A stretch of DNA of 64,000 bases, from the NCBI RefSeq assembly GCF_009914755.1, contig NC_060928.1. One strand, 5' to 3'. The stretch comes from the human T2T-CHM13v2.0 reference genome, Homo sapiens. How positions within the stretch are numbered: the first letter of the stretch is position 1; each line of letters starts with the position of its first letter. Positions 51,201 to 63,544 of the stretch are shown here, piece after piece. The notes under the pieces were generated by a model that saw nothing but the letters and a program-made list of their open reading frames with translations, did no database searches and had not been told where the DNA came from. Position numbers and translations under genes: made by a program.

Positions 51201-51417
51201 GAGTCTGCAATTATTTTAAATCCTACTACTCTATTTTGTAATGGAATTGCTAGGGATCTCTCGAAAATTTTGAAACTGTACTTTTGAAATGCACCGAAAT
51301 GCAAAATTGGCAAATGAGTAGAATCCTGTTTGTAGCTCTTATTATTCTTTCTCATGTTACCCAATTTCATATGACTTTTTCCAATGATGGGTGCCAAGCA
51401 TAAACCAAATGGTTAAT

Positions 51418-52010
51418 TGATTAATTCAATACATATTTATTGGGTACCTGTGTGCTAATATTATTAGTCACTGTGCTAGACTCTGAGTATGTGACCTTGA
51501 GCTAAATACATATGATGCCTGTCTTTATTCTGTGCATGTACTAGCTTAGAAGACAAATATGCAGAAACAGTTGCCACAGTAGGAGAATGGTGCTTATGAG
51601 TACTTAGGAAGAGGACCTAAATTAGTATTCAGTCATGGAGAGGCCAAAAGAAGGTTTAGAGGAAGCTTACTGTTGTAAATAATATATAAACCGAGACCTA
51701 AAGGATACATAGGCAAAACACAGTGTAATGGAGGCAACAGCATGGCAGAGGCAATGGCAAAATTGGGATCTGAGAGAAAAAAAGAGCAGGGATTAATTCA
51801 GGAACTGAAACAAAATCAGTCTCTGGAACTCTGGTATGAGAACAGGAAAGGCAAAATCAAGACTGGAGAATCAGGTGATGGAGAGCCTGGTATGTCACTC
51901 TAAGAAATGAGATTTTCTACAAACGCCAGTAGGAAGCTACTAAAAGATTCCAAGCTGGGGACTAACATGATCTTAATTGCATTATGTAAATGGGGATATT
52001 AAAATGATAA
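51418..52010 (-). mobile_element. L2 fragment
   Basis: Antisense L2 tail attcaatacatatttattgggtacct...cactgtgctagactctg, with gagacctaaaggata further in. Confidence 0.6.
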
Positions 52011-53149
52011 TTTTCTGTTTCTGTTTTTGCTAAAGCCTCAAGAAAATAAGTACCAAATTCTCTGAGGGGTAGACTGCTCAAGGAAGATTTGCAAAGGGTG
52101 TCTCCAACAATGGATTTTGCAACTCTTAGCTGACTATCAATCTGCAGACTACTGAAGAGGGTAGAGACACTGAGATACAGAAGTGAGAGACTGGAGAGAC
52201 AATTTATGTGGAAGGAATTAGTGTGCCATGAAATGTGCCACCTCTCTCTTTGAGAGAGTTGGAGTTTTAGATAACTGAATATTTGTCCCCTATAGTTTGG
52301 GGAACAAAGACCTGGGAAAAAGAAAAGAATCTCACTGCAATAATCTGTTAACAGCAAACTATAAGCTGTGGTTTGGGTGTAAGAGTTTGATCACACATTT
52401 CTCATTAATCTGATGAGGAGAAAGAGAGAGAGCAACAGAGAGAGAGAGAAGATGAGTGTGAGCATGTTGGAGATCAAGCAATCAAGTAACTTTGAAGTTA
52501 TTTTTCCTAAAGAGATTTTATCAAGGGTGATGCCCACACACGGACTACTGGAAAAGACAAGACGGAGGTGGCAGATGTCAGTGGCCCTGCAGAGAGTGCA
52601 TCATCTGTGCCAAGGAAGTGGAAGTGGTGATCTCAGAGATGGCCTATATGGGCAAATCCCACAGTCAGTGGTAAACCCCTTTCACAGCCACAGAAATGGA
52701 AGTGTAAATCTGCATGTAAAAGCTGATATTCATTGAGTGCCAGTCCAGAGAGCTTTTCTGTCCCCTTCTTGTCCTTTGGTCTTCTCATTCCCATCATGGA
52801 GATGCCAGAAACCACATAGCTAGCAGGGAGAAAAGCAGACAAAGTCCTTTCCCCACTGCAGGCATCTCACATGTAACACGTAACACTGGCCCAGGGGAAA
52901 TATGTTTAAATTTCACAGCTTTTATTATTTTTCTGGGGTGGACATGTTATTAATAATTACTAACTAAATGGGGCTGTCTAAGGTGACAGGACAGAGAGAA
53001 AAAGATCAAGCACCACAGAGCAGATTTGTAGGAGAAATGGGGAAAAAACAAAGTTGCTTCATTCTTACATCTTGAGTGTGCTTCTCTTTCAGTGCATTGG
53101 GTCCACTTAGAAGGGTGCCTCTGACTGCTGTGTGAAAATGATTTTAGCC

Positions 53150-56100
53150 TTACTTATTTTGATGCTCTGGTGTCAGATGTATACCAATTAAGGAATGTTA
53201 TTTCTTCCTAGAGAATTGACCCCATTATTATTTCTTATGCCCCTCTTTATCCTGATAAATTTCTTGATCTAAAATTAGCTTTGTCTGTAATTAATATAGC
53301 TACTCTAACTTTCTTCTGATGAGTGTTACCATGATTATCTTTATTTCTGTTTTTACTTTTATTCCCTTTTAAATACACTGTTTTTTTTAGGGCAGTTTTA
53401 GGTTCATAGCAAAATTGGGCAGAAAGTACAGAGAATTTTCATATATTCTCTGCCCCTCGATCCATGTCCTACATTGAAGTGGTTCATTTGTTATAAATGA
53501 TGACGCATCATTATCATCCAATGTTCATAATTTCTGTTAGAGTTCACTCTTGGTGTTACACATTCTTGGTTTTACACATTTGACAAATGTATACGACAAG
53601 TATCCACCATTATAGCACCACACAGAACAGTTTCACTGCTTTGGAAGCTTCTGTGCTGGAAACTATGACGACAGTAAAAAGATCAGCTGGTGACCAGGGG
53701 TAGGGGAAAGGAAGACATGAATAGGCTGCAGGGAGGCCTTTTCCAGAATGTCCTATGATTAAAATCATGAAGTATGTAGCCTTTTCAGATTGGCTTTTTT
53801 CATTTAGTAATATGTATTTTAGTTTCTTCTATGTCTGTTCATGACTTGCTAGCTCATATCTTTTTAGCAGTGAATAAATCCCATTATCTGGATATACCAC
53901 AGTTTATTCATTCATATGCTGAAGGACATTTTGGTTGCTTCCAAGTCTTGGCAATTGTGAGTAAAGCTGCCATAAACATTAGTATGCATATTTTGTGTGG
54001 ACATAACTTTTCAACTCATTAGGTAAACACTAAGGAGCATGATTGCTGGATCATATGACAAAAGTGTATTTAGTTTTGTTAGAAACTGCCAAACTGTCTT
54101 TCAAAGTGTCTGCTTGGCATACCTACCAGCAATAGATGAACATTCCTGTTACTACACATCCTTGCCAGCATTTGGTGTTGTCAGTGTTCTGAATTTTGGT
54201 CATTCTAACAGTGGTATCTCATTGTAGTGGTGTAGTTTAGTGGTATATTGTTTTAATTTGCAGTTCCCTAGTGATATGCTATGGAGTATTTCTTCATATC
54301 CTTATTTGCCATCTATATATCTTCATTGATAAAGTGTCTGTTCAGATCTTTTATCCATTTTTAAATCAGTTCGTTTATTTTTTATTATCAACTTTTAAGA
54401 TATATTTTGTATATTGTGGATAGTAGTCCTTCATATGATATGACTTTTGCAAATATTTGCTCCCATTCTGTGGCTTGTATTCTTCTTATTTTCTTGACAG
54501 TTTTTTCACAGAGCAGACATTTTTAATTTTAATGCAATCCAGCTTATTAAGTATTTCTTTGATGGATTATGCCATTGATGTTATATCTAAAAAGAAATCA
54601 CCACACCCAATATCATATAGGTTTTCATCTATATTAAATTCTAAGAGTTTTATGCTTTTGCAACTTACATTTAGGTGTGTGATTCATTTTGAGTTTATTT
54701 TTGTAAATGTTGTAAAGTCTGTGTCTAAATACATGTTTATCCTGTGGGAACACTATATGACTTCACAGTAGTGCAGGTATCTTACAACAGAGTATTCCCA
54801 ATTCCTTCTTCTCATCTCTAATTATATTGCTGTTACTTATATGTATAATTATCCATTGTTATTATTATTACTAGTAACAAGTACTTAATTTTAGGTCAAT
54901 AAAGAACAGGGAAAATGAAAGATTCATTTGTTTCTCCTCTAACATTCCTGAGCTACATCATTTTTATTCTCTCTGAAGATTTTCTTTTAACACTTTAGTA
55001 TTTACCTTCCTTGGTGTTACCTTAGATTTTTGAATTGGTGGTTTGGTGGTTTTCATTAATTTTGTAAAATTATCAGCATTATTCCTTCAAAATTTCTTCT
55101 GCTCAGTTTTCTCTTTTTTTCCCTTCCAGTATTCCAATTATGTGTACAATACAAATTTAGAATTATCTCTCAGTTCTTAGATGCTGTTTGTTTTGTTCAT
55201 TCCTTTTTCTGTTTGCATTTCAGTTTCTATTGTCATATCTTGAAGTTTATTGATGATTTCCTTAGCCATCTTCAACCTACCGATGAGCATATCAAAAGCA
55301 TTATTCATTTCCGTGACAGCATTCTTGATTTCTAGACTTTTGTTTAGATATTTTTAAAACAAGAATATCCATCTCTCTGCTTACATTGGCCATCTATTTA
55401 TGCATGTTGTCTTCTTGTTTTCATTAGAACTCTTAAATGATTAATTATTGTTGTTTTAAATTCTCTGTCTTATAATTCCAACATTTGTATCATAGCTGAG
55501 TCTGATTTTGATGCTTGCTTTGTCTCTTCATACTGTGTTTTTTCTGACTGTTAATTTCTTTTTTTTTTTTGGTAGAAAACTAGACATGATATATTCGGGT
55601 AATAGTGACTGAGAAAAAGGTCTTTAGTGTGAGATTTTATTGTTAATCTGACTAAGTCTAATGTTTGCTCTATTTGTAAGTGCCAGAGACTCCAACTTCT
55701 GCTAGTGTTCTTGTTTTTTGTCTTCTCCTTGAATCTTTACCTTGCACCTCTTTCAGTGCAATCCTCTGATCCACTGTAATTGTACTGGTGCCCTATGGAT
55801 GTGGTGGTGTGTTGAGGAAGGTGGTTGAAAGTGTTCTATAAACTTCCTATTAAATTTGAGTCTGTGTCCTTGGTCTGTGACCATTATAATTCTATTAATT
55901 TTCTCTTTAGCAATTTCTAAATCCACTGAGCTTTTAATTTCAGTTACTAGATATTTATTTCTGGACATACAGCTTATTCTTGCAAAACTTGTTGTTTTTA
56001 CTTATGTTTTAAGCCTCTTTCATTTCTTGGGAAATATTAAAAATAGTTTCAGAAATGCATGCTTCTCCTGCAAATTCAATTTCTGAAGGCTTTGTGAGTC

Positions 56101-56350
56101 TCTTTCTGTTATCTGTTTCTGCCTATTCTTGCTTATATATTGGTTTTTCTTATATGTTTTATAATTTTTGATTATTAATTGCCTTTTAAAGGAGGTTTAT
56201 ATTTGTAAATTCTTTTAGGCTTATGAAAATGGTAGATTCTTCCAAAAAAGATTTTCTTTGCTTCTGTCAACTGCCTGTGAGTCTTACCAATTTACATTTT
56301 AAACTAAATTCTTGACTTCACATTTTTCTTATTATCCAGGTGCTGTGAAT
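53150..56350 (-). mobile_element. Old L1M fragments, including an L1MC 3' end (~53370-54730)
   Basis: Contains gcagttttaggttcatagcaaaattg, ccttttcagattggcttt and ggttgcttccaagtcttggcaatt, with antisense ORF1/ORF2-like remnants. Confidence 0.75.
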
Positions 56351-57299
56351 TAGGCCTGAAAACTTACATGATAGGTTCTGGTTATTAATTTTCTAGGAAG
56401 ATTTTTCATCTTCTCTCCTCCCCGTCTTCATATACAGGGATAAAGATTTGAGAAAGATTTTTATCATTTATTACCACAGTTAGATGTAGAGCTTTTTTTA
56501 TTTCTAATTTGCTAAGAGTGAAGCTCTCTTTTGTTCCTTGCTTTATAGTGGAAACCAACATATTAGACTCCCCAGTTTGAGAGGAATTGGGGCATTCTCT
56601 TCTATCCCCACAGCACTCTGAAACTTTCAATTCAAAGTCAAGTTTAGCACATGTTTTACCTATCTGTACCTCTAACTGGAGGAAAAACTAAATTTGCTTA
56701 CATCTTAGCCAGCATATTTCTTTCTTTCATGACAGCTCTTGAATACATTTATAAAGATATATTTGCATTTTATCTACCAGTTTAATTAGAGAGATTAGCT
56801 TATTGGTTATTCCGCTGTAAAAGTAGAGGAAGTGAAACTCTATGGGCTGGACTTCTGATCCCTGCATTGCTTTTGAAAGTTTGGTTACAGATCTGCCTGT
56901 CAAATGCAGATCTCCTCATAGGGTACTGATACATTCACAGAACTAGATATTTTGTTTCTTTCTTCTGAAATGTTGACAAGATTTATGGATGATACATGAA
57001 ACACACAATAGATGAGAAAGGTCTTGCTTCTATCAAAATCTTGATGGAATTGCAACCTGGCTATGGAGAATCTAAAATTTTGTTTTTGACAACCAATCCA
57101 AATTGATAATACTAATAGGCAATGAGGATACTTACTTTTCTCATCTTCTTTTTCTTTCTCTCTAGTGGGCATTTTATAGTTCTTTTAAAGTCATATTTGG
57201 TGGAGGTGGGATTGGTTCTATTTATTATTTAAGGGTTTAGCTGATTTCAGACAATGATTTTCAGATCTACTGAGAATTTTAATGTGGGAGTACATCTCC

Positions 57300-57470
57300 A
57301 ATCTTTTGAGTCATGCTGCCACTGACTACCTATGTGAACTTGGACAGTTTGCAAACTTACATATGCCTCTGATTTCTATTTGTAAAATGAGGATAAAACA
57401 ATACTACTTCCCTCATAATGTTCCTGTGGCTATTCCTGGCCGAAGCATAGTAAAACATTATATATATGTT
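57300..57470 (+). mobile_element. MIR
   Basis: ctgccactgactacctatgtgaacttggacagt...tgcctctgatttctatttgtaaaatgaggataa. Confidence 0.7.
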
Positions 57471-58409
57471 AGTTGTGATGATGGCGATGATGATGAAGAT
57501 GGATTGAGAAGCATGGAGTTTAAGAAAAAATGTTTGCAAGCCTTAGCATAATCCTGTTCTTAGGAGCCTGTCCTGGGGTTTATTTGTGCTCAGAATACTA
57601 ATCTGGATACTTTAATCCTTCAATTTCTACAGAATAAGATAGATGGTCAGTTTTAACACATATTTTTTATCTTAAATCATTTGATTAGAATGAGGATGCT
57701 TTAATTATTTTTTCTCTAACTCGATCTGGTTTCCACCCCATCACAAAACCATCACTGACATTTTGCACTTGAAATTTTCAGAAGTCAGGCTAACCTGCCC
57801 GTTTTCTCAAAGTGAGAAATTGGATAATAAGGATAATCCCTTCAAAATCTTTTAACTGCTTTCCAGGGATTAAGTCTAAAGTCTTCACCATATAAGCTCC
57901 CTAGAAAATTGGCCTCAACCTCACTTTCCAGTTTAATTTTCTCTTACCCTGTACCTTGCAATCCAGACTGTTCTCTGAATGCACTATGACTTTCACATCT
58001 TTGTCTTTGAGCCTTCCTAACAACTCCTCTCTGATAAGAGTGCCCTGCCCTGCATTTCTTCTTATCTAGACTGACTCCTCCTCTCTGCCCCCAGATTTGT
58101 TCCCTTAAATTGCTCTCAGCAATGCAACCAGAGCACTCTTTGAAAAATGCACATTGATCATGTCAGTCTCCTACTGAAATCCCTTAAATATAATAGCTGT
58201 TAGTTGCTTTAAGGAATAGAGTTCAAATTCCTGAGTATGGTTTACAATATACTCATAATTTTTCTGGGTTCATTTTTCTTCTGCCTGCCTCACAGTTTGC
58301 TGAGTCACTTCCAGCCCTTTACATGCCATTTCCTCTACCTCATATGTCTCTATTTTACCTCGTTTATCTTGGGCATGGGAGAACTTCTATTAAATTCATT
58401 CCTCAGATT

Positions 58410-58590
58410 TAGGGTTGCCAAATAAAATACAGAACACCCATTTAAATTTAAATTTTAGATAAGAGCAAATTTTTTTTTAGTATAAGTATGTCCCAAATAT
58501 TATACAAGATACCTATACTAAAAAATTATTTGTTGTTTACCTAAAATTCAAACTTAAATGAACATTCTGTATATTTATTTGCTAAATCGA
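58410..58590. mobile_element. MER53 palindromic hAT MITE, within L2 remnants
   Basis: tagggttgccaaataaaatacag...tttttagtataagtatgtcccaaatatt...tatactaaaaaattatt...tttgctaaatc. Confidence 0.85.
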
Positions 58591-59349
58591 GGTCAGATTT
58601 TAGAACCAAGTCAATGTGTTCTCTTAACATCTTGTACTTTGTGGCACTAACCATAGTATACTGAAATGGTTGTTTATCTAACTCTTCTAATAGACAGTTT
58701 GCTCTTTGGGGACAAGGGGTATGTATTTTTCACTGTATTGCCTGTAGCAATTACTAGAGTGAGTTTAGTGCCAGAAGATAGCAACCATTGAACAAAGAGG
58801 TATTGAATAAGTGAATGGATGATGGAAAGACGAATGGATGGATATGTTAGAAATCCTATTAAATACCTCTTCAATACAATCTTCCCTGGCATATTCCCAG
58901 GAAAAACTACTTGGTAATTATCTCTGTGTTTTGGTAACACCTTTTACATATTTCTTTCATAGCTCCTATTATACATGTTTTATGTATAATACTTACAACT
59001 GTTTGTTTTTATGTCATATACCTTCCTAATTGGTAAGCATCCAACAGTTAGAGATTATGTCTTCATCATCTCATTGTTGTACTTTCTGCCCTCCACATTG
59101 ACCTGCTAATCACTGTTGGAGACTAATGTGATTGATTAAAAGAGGGGGCATTCAGCACACTCTTTGGAAGGAAATGTTTATCTGAATGAAAATGTGATAT
59201 TCAATTATTAACAAAGAATGTGCTTTTCAGTTATGTTAATTAGAGACTGGTGCTGCCAGATCACCTATTGAGTAATTTGTTCAAATATGAATACCCTCTT
59301 TTAAGAAAGATACAACCTAAAGATTACACAGAGAAAAGTGCTCAAGATA

Positions 59350-59560
59350 ACAATAGCTAATATTATGTACCAAGTAGTGTGCTATAAAATTTAAATAAAT
59401 CATATAATTAAATTTCATAATTACCTTATGAAGTAGGTACTAATATCTCCATATTTACATGTTAGAGATGTAAGAATTCGACTTAAAGATGTCCCCAACA
59501 TTTTGCATATAGTAAATAGTGGAAAACATCTAAGCTTCTTTGCTAACCAAGCCCTGGCTG
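59350..59560 (-). mobile_element. MIR
   Basis: aatagctaatatt...gtaccaagtagtgtgcta...ccttatgaagtaggtact...tctccatattta. Confidence 0.6.
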
Positions 59561-62500
59561 TTAAAAAATTCCACGCCACATAATATGCAAAATGATTAAA
59601 GGAAAGGTCTTGCTTAATACGAAGAGGAAAAAAATGATAAATGTTATCTGGTATTTGGTAAGTCAGGCTTTTTGTGTGTTTCCAGAGAACAGAATTAAGG
59701 TCAACGGTAAACATATTTGGCTAGATAAGAGAGACAATTTTCTAACATTTAAGTTATTAAGTATAAATAATTTAGCATTGTAATAATTGTATTTGGATTG
59801 TAATTGGTTTGAGACTTCTTTACAAAGAGTACTTTCCACATTTCTGGGAGATTTAGGAAGTGGCAAAGTAAAGGTGAGTCACAGAGGAGATTCAGCAAGT
59901 GGTTTACATTAACAGATTATATTGCACAGATTTACAGATGAAAAAGAATAGGACATTTTGTGCTTTAAAGATATTGTATTTAATGATTATATGTGTTAAA
60001 AGTTCCCTGGCTGAAACTTTAGACATTTTTGTAGCTTTCTGTAGAACTGGCAATATCTAGGAAAATATGACATTTGAAAGCAATAAGCATTTTTAATCTC
60101 TGAGGTAATAACTACCTCCATTGAATGTTCCATTTCACTATTTTTAGTAACCATTTAAAAAGATCTTTTATCAAAGCAAAGCAAGGTTCTTATTGTTCTT
60201 TGGGGAAGTTTCGCAGTAGCGATTAGCTTTAATGAAGAGGTTTTAGACTGAGGAAGGAAGTGGTACACAACTACCTAGTTGTGTATTGTTGAGACGGAAC
60301 ACTTTCTTTACAGGCTTTTCTGCTTATAAGGAAGAAGGTTTCTTTTGCTCATGTGGATTTAGATTTTACTTTAAAGAGTTGCTTGCTGTGTTTGTTCTTG
60401 CTTGAAAATTCACTGACAGGAGCTATGAAATGATGTTCTAGAAGGCTGAAGAAATATCGAAGTGGTTAAAGTTCACCTTGTACCAGACCAGGAATGATTG
60501 GCACATGAAGGGAAAATGTCAATAATCCAGACTTAACGGGATGTTCTAATGTTGGAATATTATGCTTTAATAGATTGTGTTTTGGGAGCTACCAGACAAG
60601 AGTGTGTGTATACGTCCAGATTTCTCTGAATGGACAAAAAATCCCCACTGTCTGTGTTCCCATGTTGAGGTAAATCCAGGGCCTGAGATGGGGGACTCTC
60701 TTTGGTCCCAGCTATTGAGACCTAATTCTAAGATTTAGCTCTCTTTTCAGGTACTCACATTGGTCAGGTTAAACTGGTCCTTTTCACAAAGAGGCAGGAT
60801 GGAGAGCAAAAGGGGAAAGCAGTGTTCTAAATATGTAAGTACAGAAGTACAGTATCAAGGAGGACCGGCTAGAGCCTGTGGGGTCTGAGAGTAGCCACAT
60901 GTACTGTTAGTTTTAAGTTACCATGCTGTAATTCTCTCATGTAAATTAACATAAGCCTAAAAAAATCTCATTAAAAGTTACAAACTGTTTTCTTCTGTGC
61001 TGGCAGAACTAAGAGAAGGGTCAGTGCCATGCCTGGGATCTAATGATAAAGAGCAGGCTATAACGACACTTCTTTATAAGCTGCCCCCTCACCATCCTAG
61101 GGCATTGTAACAGATACAGATTAGATTACTCTAGCATGGTGGGTGCTTCCAGAATCCTCAGAGTCATTGTGAGAGGCAGGAACACAGAATAGTAATGAGG
61201 ACCCAAAGAAGGCAAAGATAAAAGGACAGACTAATGCTGAAAAAGCCAGGAGGTTTTACCATGTCTGATGACTCATTGGGAAATACCAGGGGGCTGTTGT
61301 GGCCATGAAAATGTTGCCATGAGGATATCCCAGTTAGGTAGCCTGCTGCAGGGAGTAGAGTTGACTCTTGCCCATCTAGGTCCACCCCAGAGTTTGAACC
61401 AAAACATGGTCCTCCTACAATCTTCTTAGCCATTGTGGGAGCCCAGTGAGGGGACTCGTGCCAGCCTGTTCCTACAGTGCCCAGTTCTTCTAATGGAGGA
61501 CTTTAGCTTGGGGATTCCCCGTTGTTCTGGCCAAAAGGTTTCTAAAACTCAGCTGCAGCCTGAGGCTCTTGCCAAATCCTTATTCCTTCCCCCTCCACTT
61601 TCACAGCTGTCAGATTAGCATCACAGTCTAAAGACTCACCTATCTACTTCTGCTTCCTTCCTTTTAACCTTTGTAGGTGTTAACTTCCTCTTGAGGTCTT
61701 CTTAGAGGACCAGAACTAACATTGGGACTGGGAGATTTATCAAAAATGGCAGATGTGGGCAGAGAACAACTGTAATTTTGGTGCCAATATAAATGCAAAG
61801 TAATTGAGCTAGGGGACTTTAGTGATATATGCAACTGTGTTCAGTGTATCAAATTGAAAAGTCACTTTTACAACAGATCTAATCTACCTCTAGGTGGGAG
61901 AAACTGGGGAGGAGTTGCTATTGATATCATCAGTGTCTCTAGAGAAGGGGGGCATGACTGTGGTAAAGATAAGTAATGAGATGGGGAGAAGAAAACATAC
62001 ATACATATCGAAAAGCTGGGAAGGAGGGTTGGGATAAGAGAGGGAGAGATGCAGAGTGTAAGAATAAAGAGGTTCAGAAAAAAAAGCTTCAAAATGTGGT
62101 GCAATGTAAAATGTAGCAGGTATCGAGAAGACACAAAAGAGGAAAAAATCAGGATATAAACACAAAAATATACATTCCAGCAAAAATCCAGTAAAAATGG
62201 AGAAATTGTGTCTGGGATATGTATAGTACAAACCAGAAAGGTCTCTTGCTTATGAATATAGGAAACGAAACAGAAGGATTTAATGTTACAATTATTTGAA
62301 GAAAAATTTTCAAATCAAAGTAGGTCAAACTTAAGGCCAAGATTATGGCCAATATGAAAAAAAAGAATAAGAATGAAGCATTATTGTTGTTAGTGATCCC
62401 TAATTCATGCTATTCTGAACTATCTCGGCTGGTTCAAACTATACCACTTCCTATCAGTAAAAGATGGGAAGAGTATGAAGGAATTACCATCAGTATCAGA

Positions 62501-62562
62501 GCCTTTACGTTACGTTGGCACATTATGAAGATTAATCACACAAGGCTTTAAACACTTGCTAA

Positions 62563-62721
62563 AGATGGGTGTGATGGCAGTGCCTACAGCTACTCAGGAG
62601 GCTGAGGCAGGAGGATTCCCTGAGCCCAGAAGTAGAAAGCTGCAATGAGCTATGGTCACCACTGCACTCCAGCCTGGGTGAACTTGTCTCTAAAACAAAC
62701 AAATAAGCAAAAATAAATAAA
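62563..62721 (+). mobile_element. Alu monomer (FRAM/FAM-like)
   Basis: Single right arm cagctactcaggaggctgaggcaggaggattccc...cactgcactccagcctggg with an A-rich tail. Confidence 0.85.
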
Positions 62722-62897
62722 TGCCTACTGATATCAAACAATGGAAAAACATTAAAATAATTACATATTTAGCACTTCTTAGAGATAACAGCATAATTTT
62801 AAGGTATAAATGGATTACACTGTATAAAAGTAATGATGTTTAACTTGATCTTGCTTTTTAAATATTTTTTTCTCAGTATTAGAGATTGACTGACATA

Positions 62898-63130
62898 ATT
62901 TTTTTTTTCTTTGAGACGGAGTTTCACTCTTTTGTCAGGCTGGAGTGCAATGGTGCCATCTCAGCTCACTGTAACCTCCGCACCCGGGTTCAAGCGATTG
63001 TCCTGCCTCAGCCTCCCAAGTAGTTGGGAATACAGGCGTACACCACCACACCCAGCTAATTTTTGTATTTTTAGTAGAGATGGGGTTTCACCATGTTGGC
63101 CAGGATGGTCTCAATCTCTTGACCTCATGA
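62898..63130 (-). mobile_element. 5'-truncated AluS (AluSc-like)
   Basis: Antisense Alu ending gacctcatga. The similar flanks actgacataattt / actgcaaaattt may be a TSD. Confidence 0.9.
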
Positions 63131-63193
63131 ACTGCAAAATTTTCCCAAGGTTCACTTTTCCACCAGCAACTATTCATTTGCGTATTAGGGAGC

Positions 63194-63544
63194 TGTCAGG
63201 CCTCTGAGCCCAAGCTAAGCCACCATATCCCCTGTGACCTGCACGTACACATCCAGATGGCCGGTTCCTGCCTTAACTGATGACATTATCTTGTGAAATT
63301 CCTTCTCCTGGCTCATCCTGGCTCAAAAGCTCCCCTACTGAGCACCTTGTGACCCCCACTCCTGCCTGCCAGAGAACAACCCCCCTTTTTCCTTTACCTA
63401 CCCAAATCCTATAAAACGGCCCCACCCCTATCTCCCTTTTGACTCTCTTTTTGGACTCAGCCCGCCTGCACCCAGGTGAAATAAACAGCTTTATTGCTCA
63501 CACAAAGCCTGTTTGGTGGTCTCTTCACACAGACGCGAGTGAAA
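63194..63544 (+). mobile_element. HERV-H 5' LTR (LTR7), short variant
   Basis: Starts tgtcaggcctctgagcccaagc. TATA tataaaa at 63410-63416, KLF-type ccccacccc at 63420-63428, AATAAA at 63480-63485; ends gtgaaa. Confidence 0.96.

Noticed and set aside
51962-52842. ORFs of 131 and 107 aa in a GA-rich region
   Set aside because: No recognisable domain. The region is probably a degenerate LTR or L2 that I could not assign.
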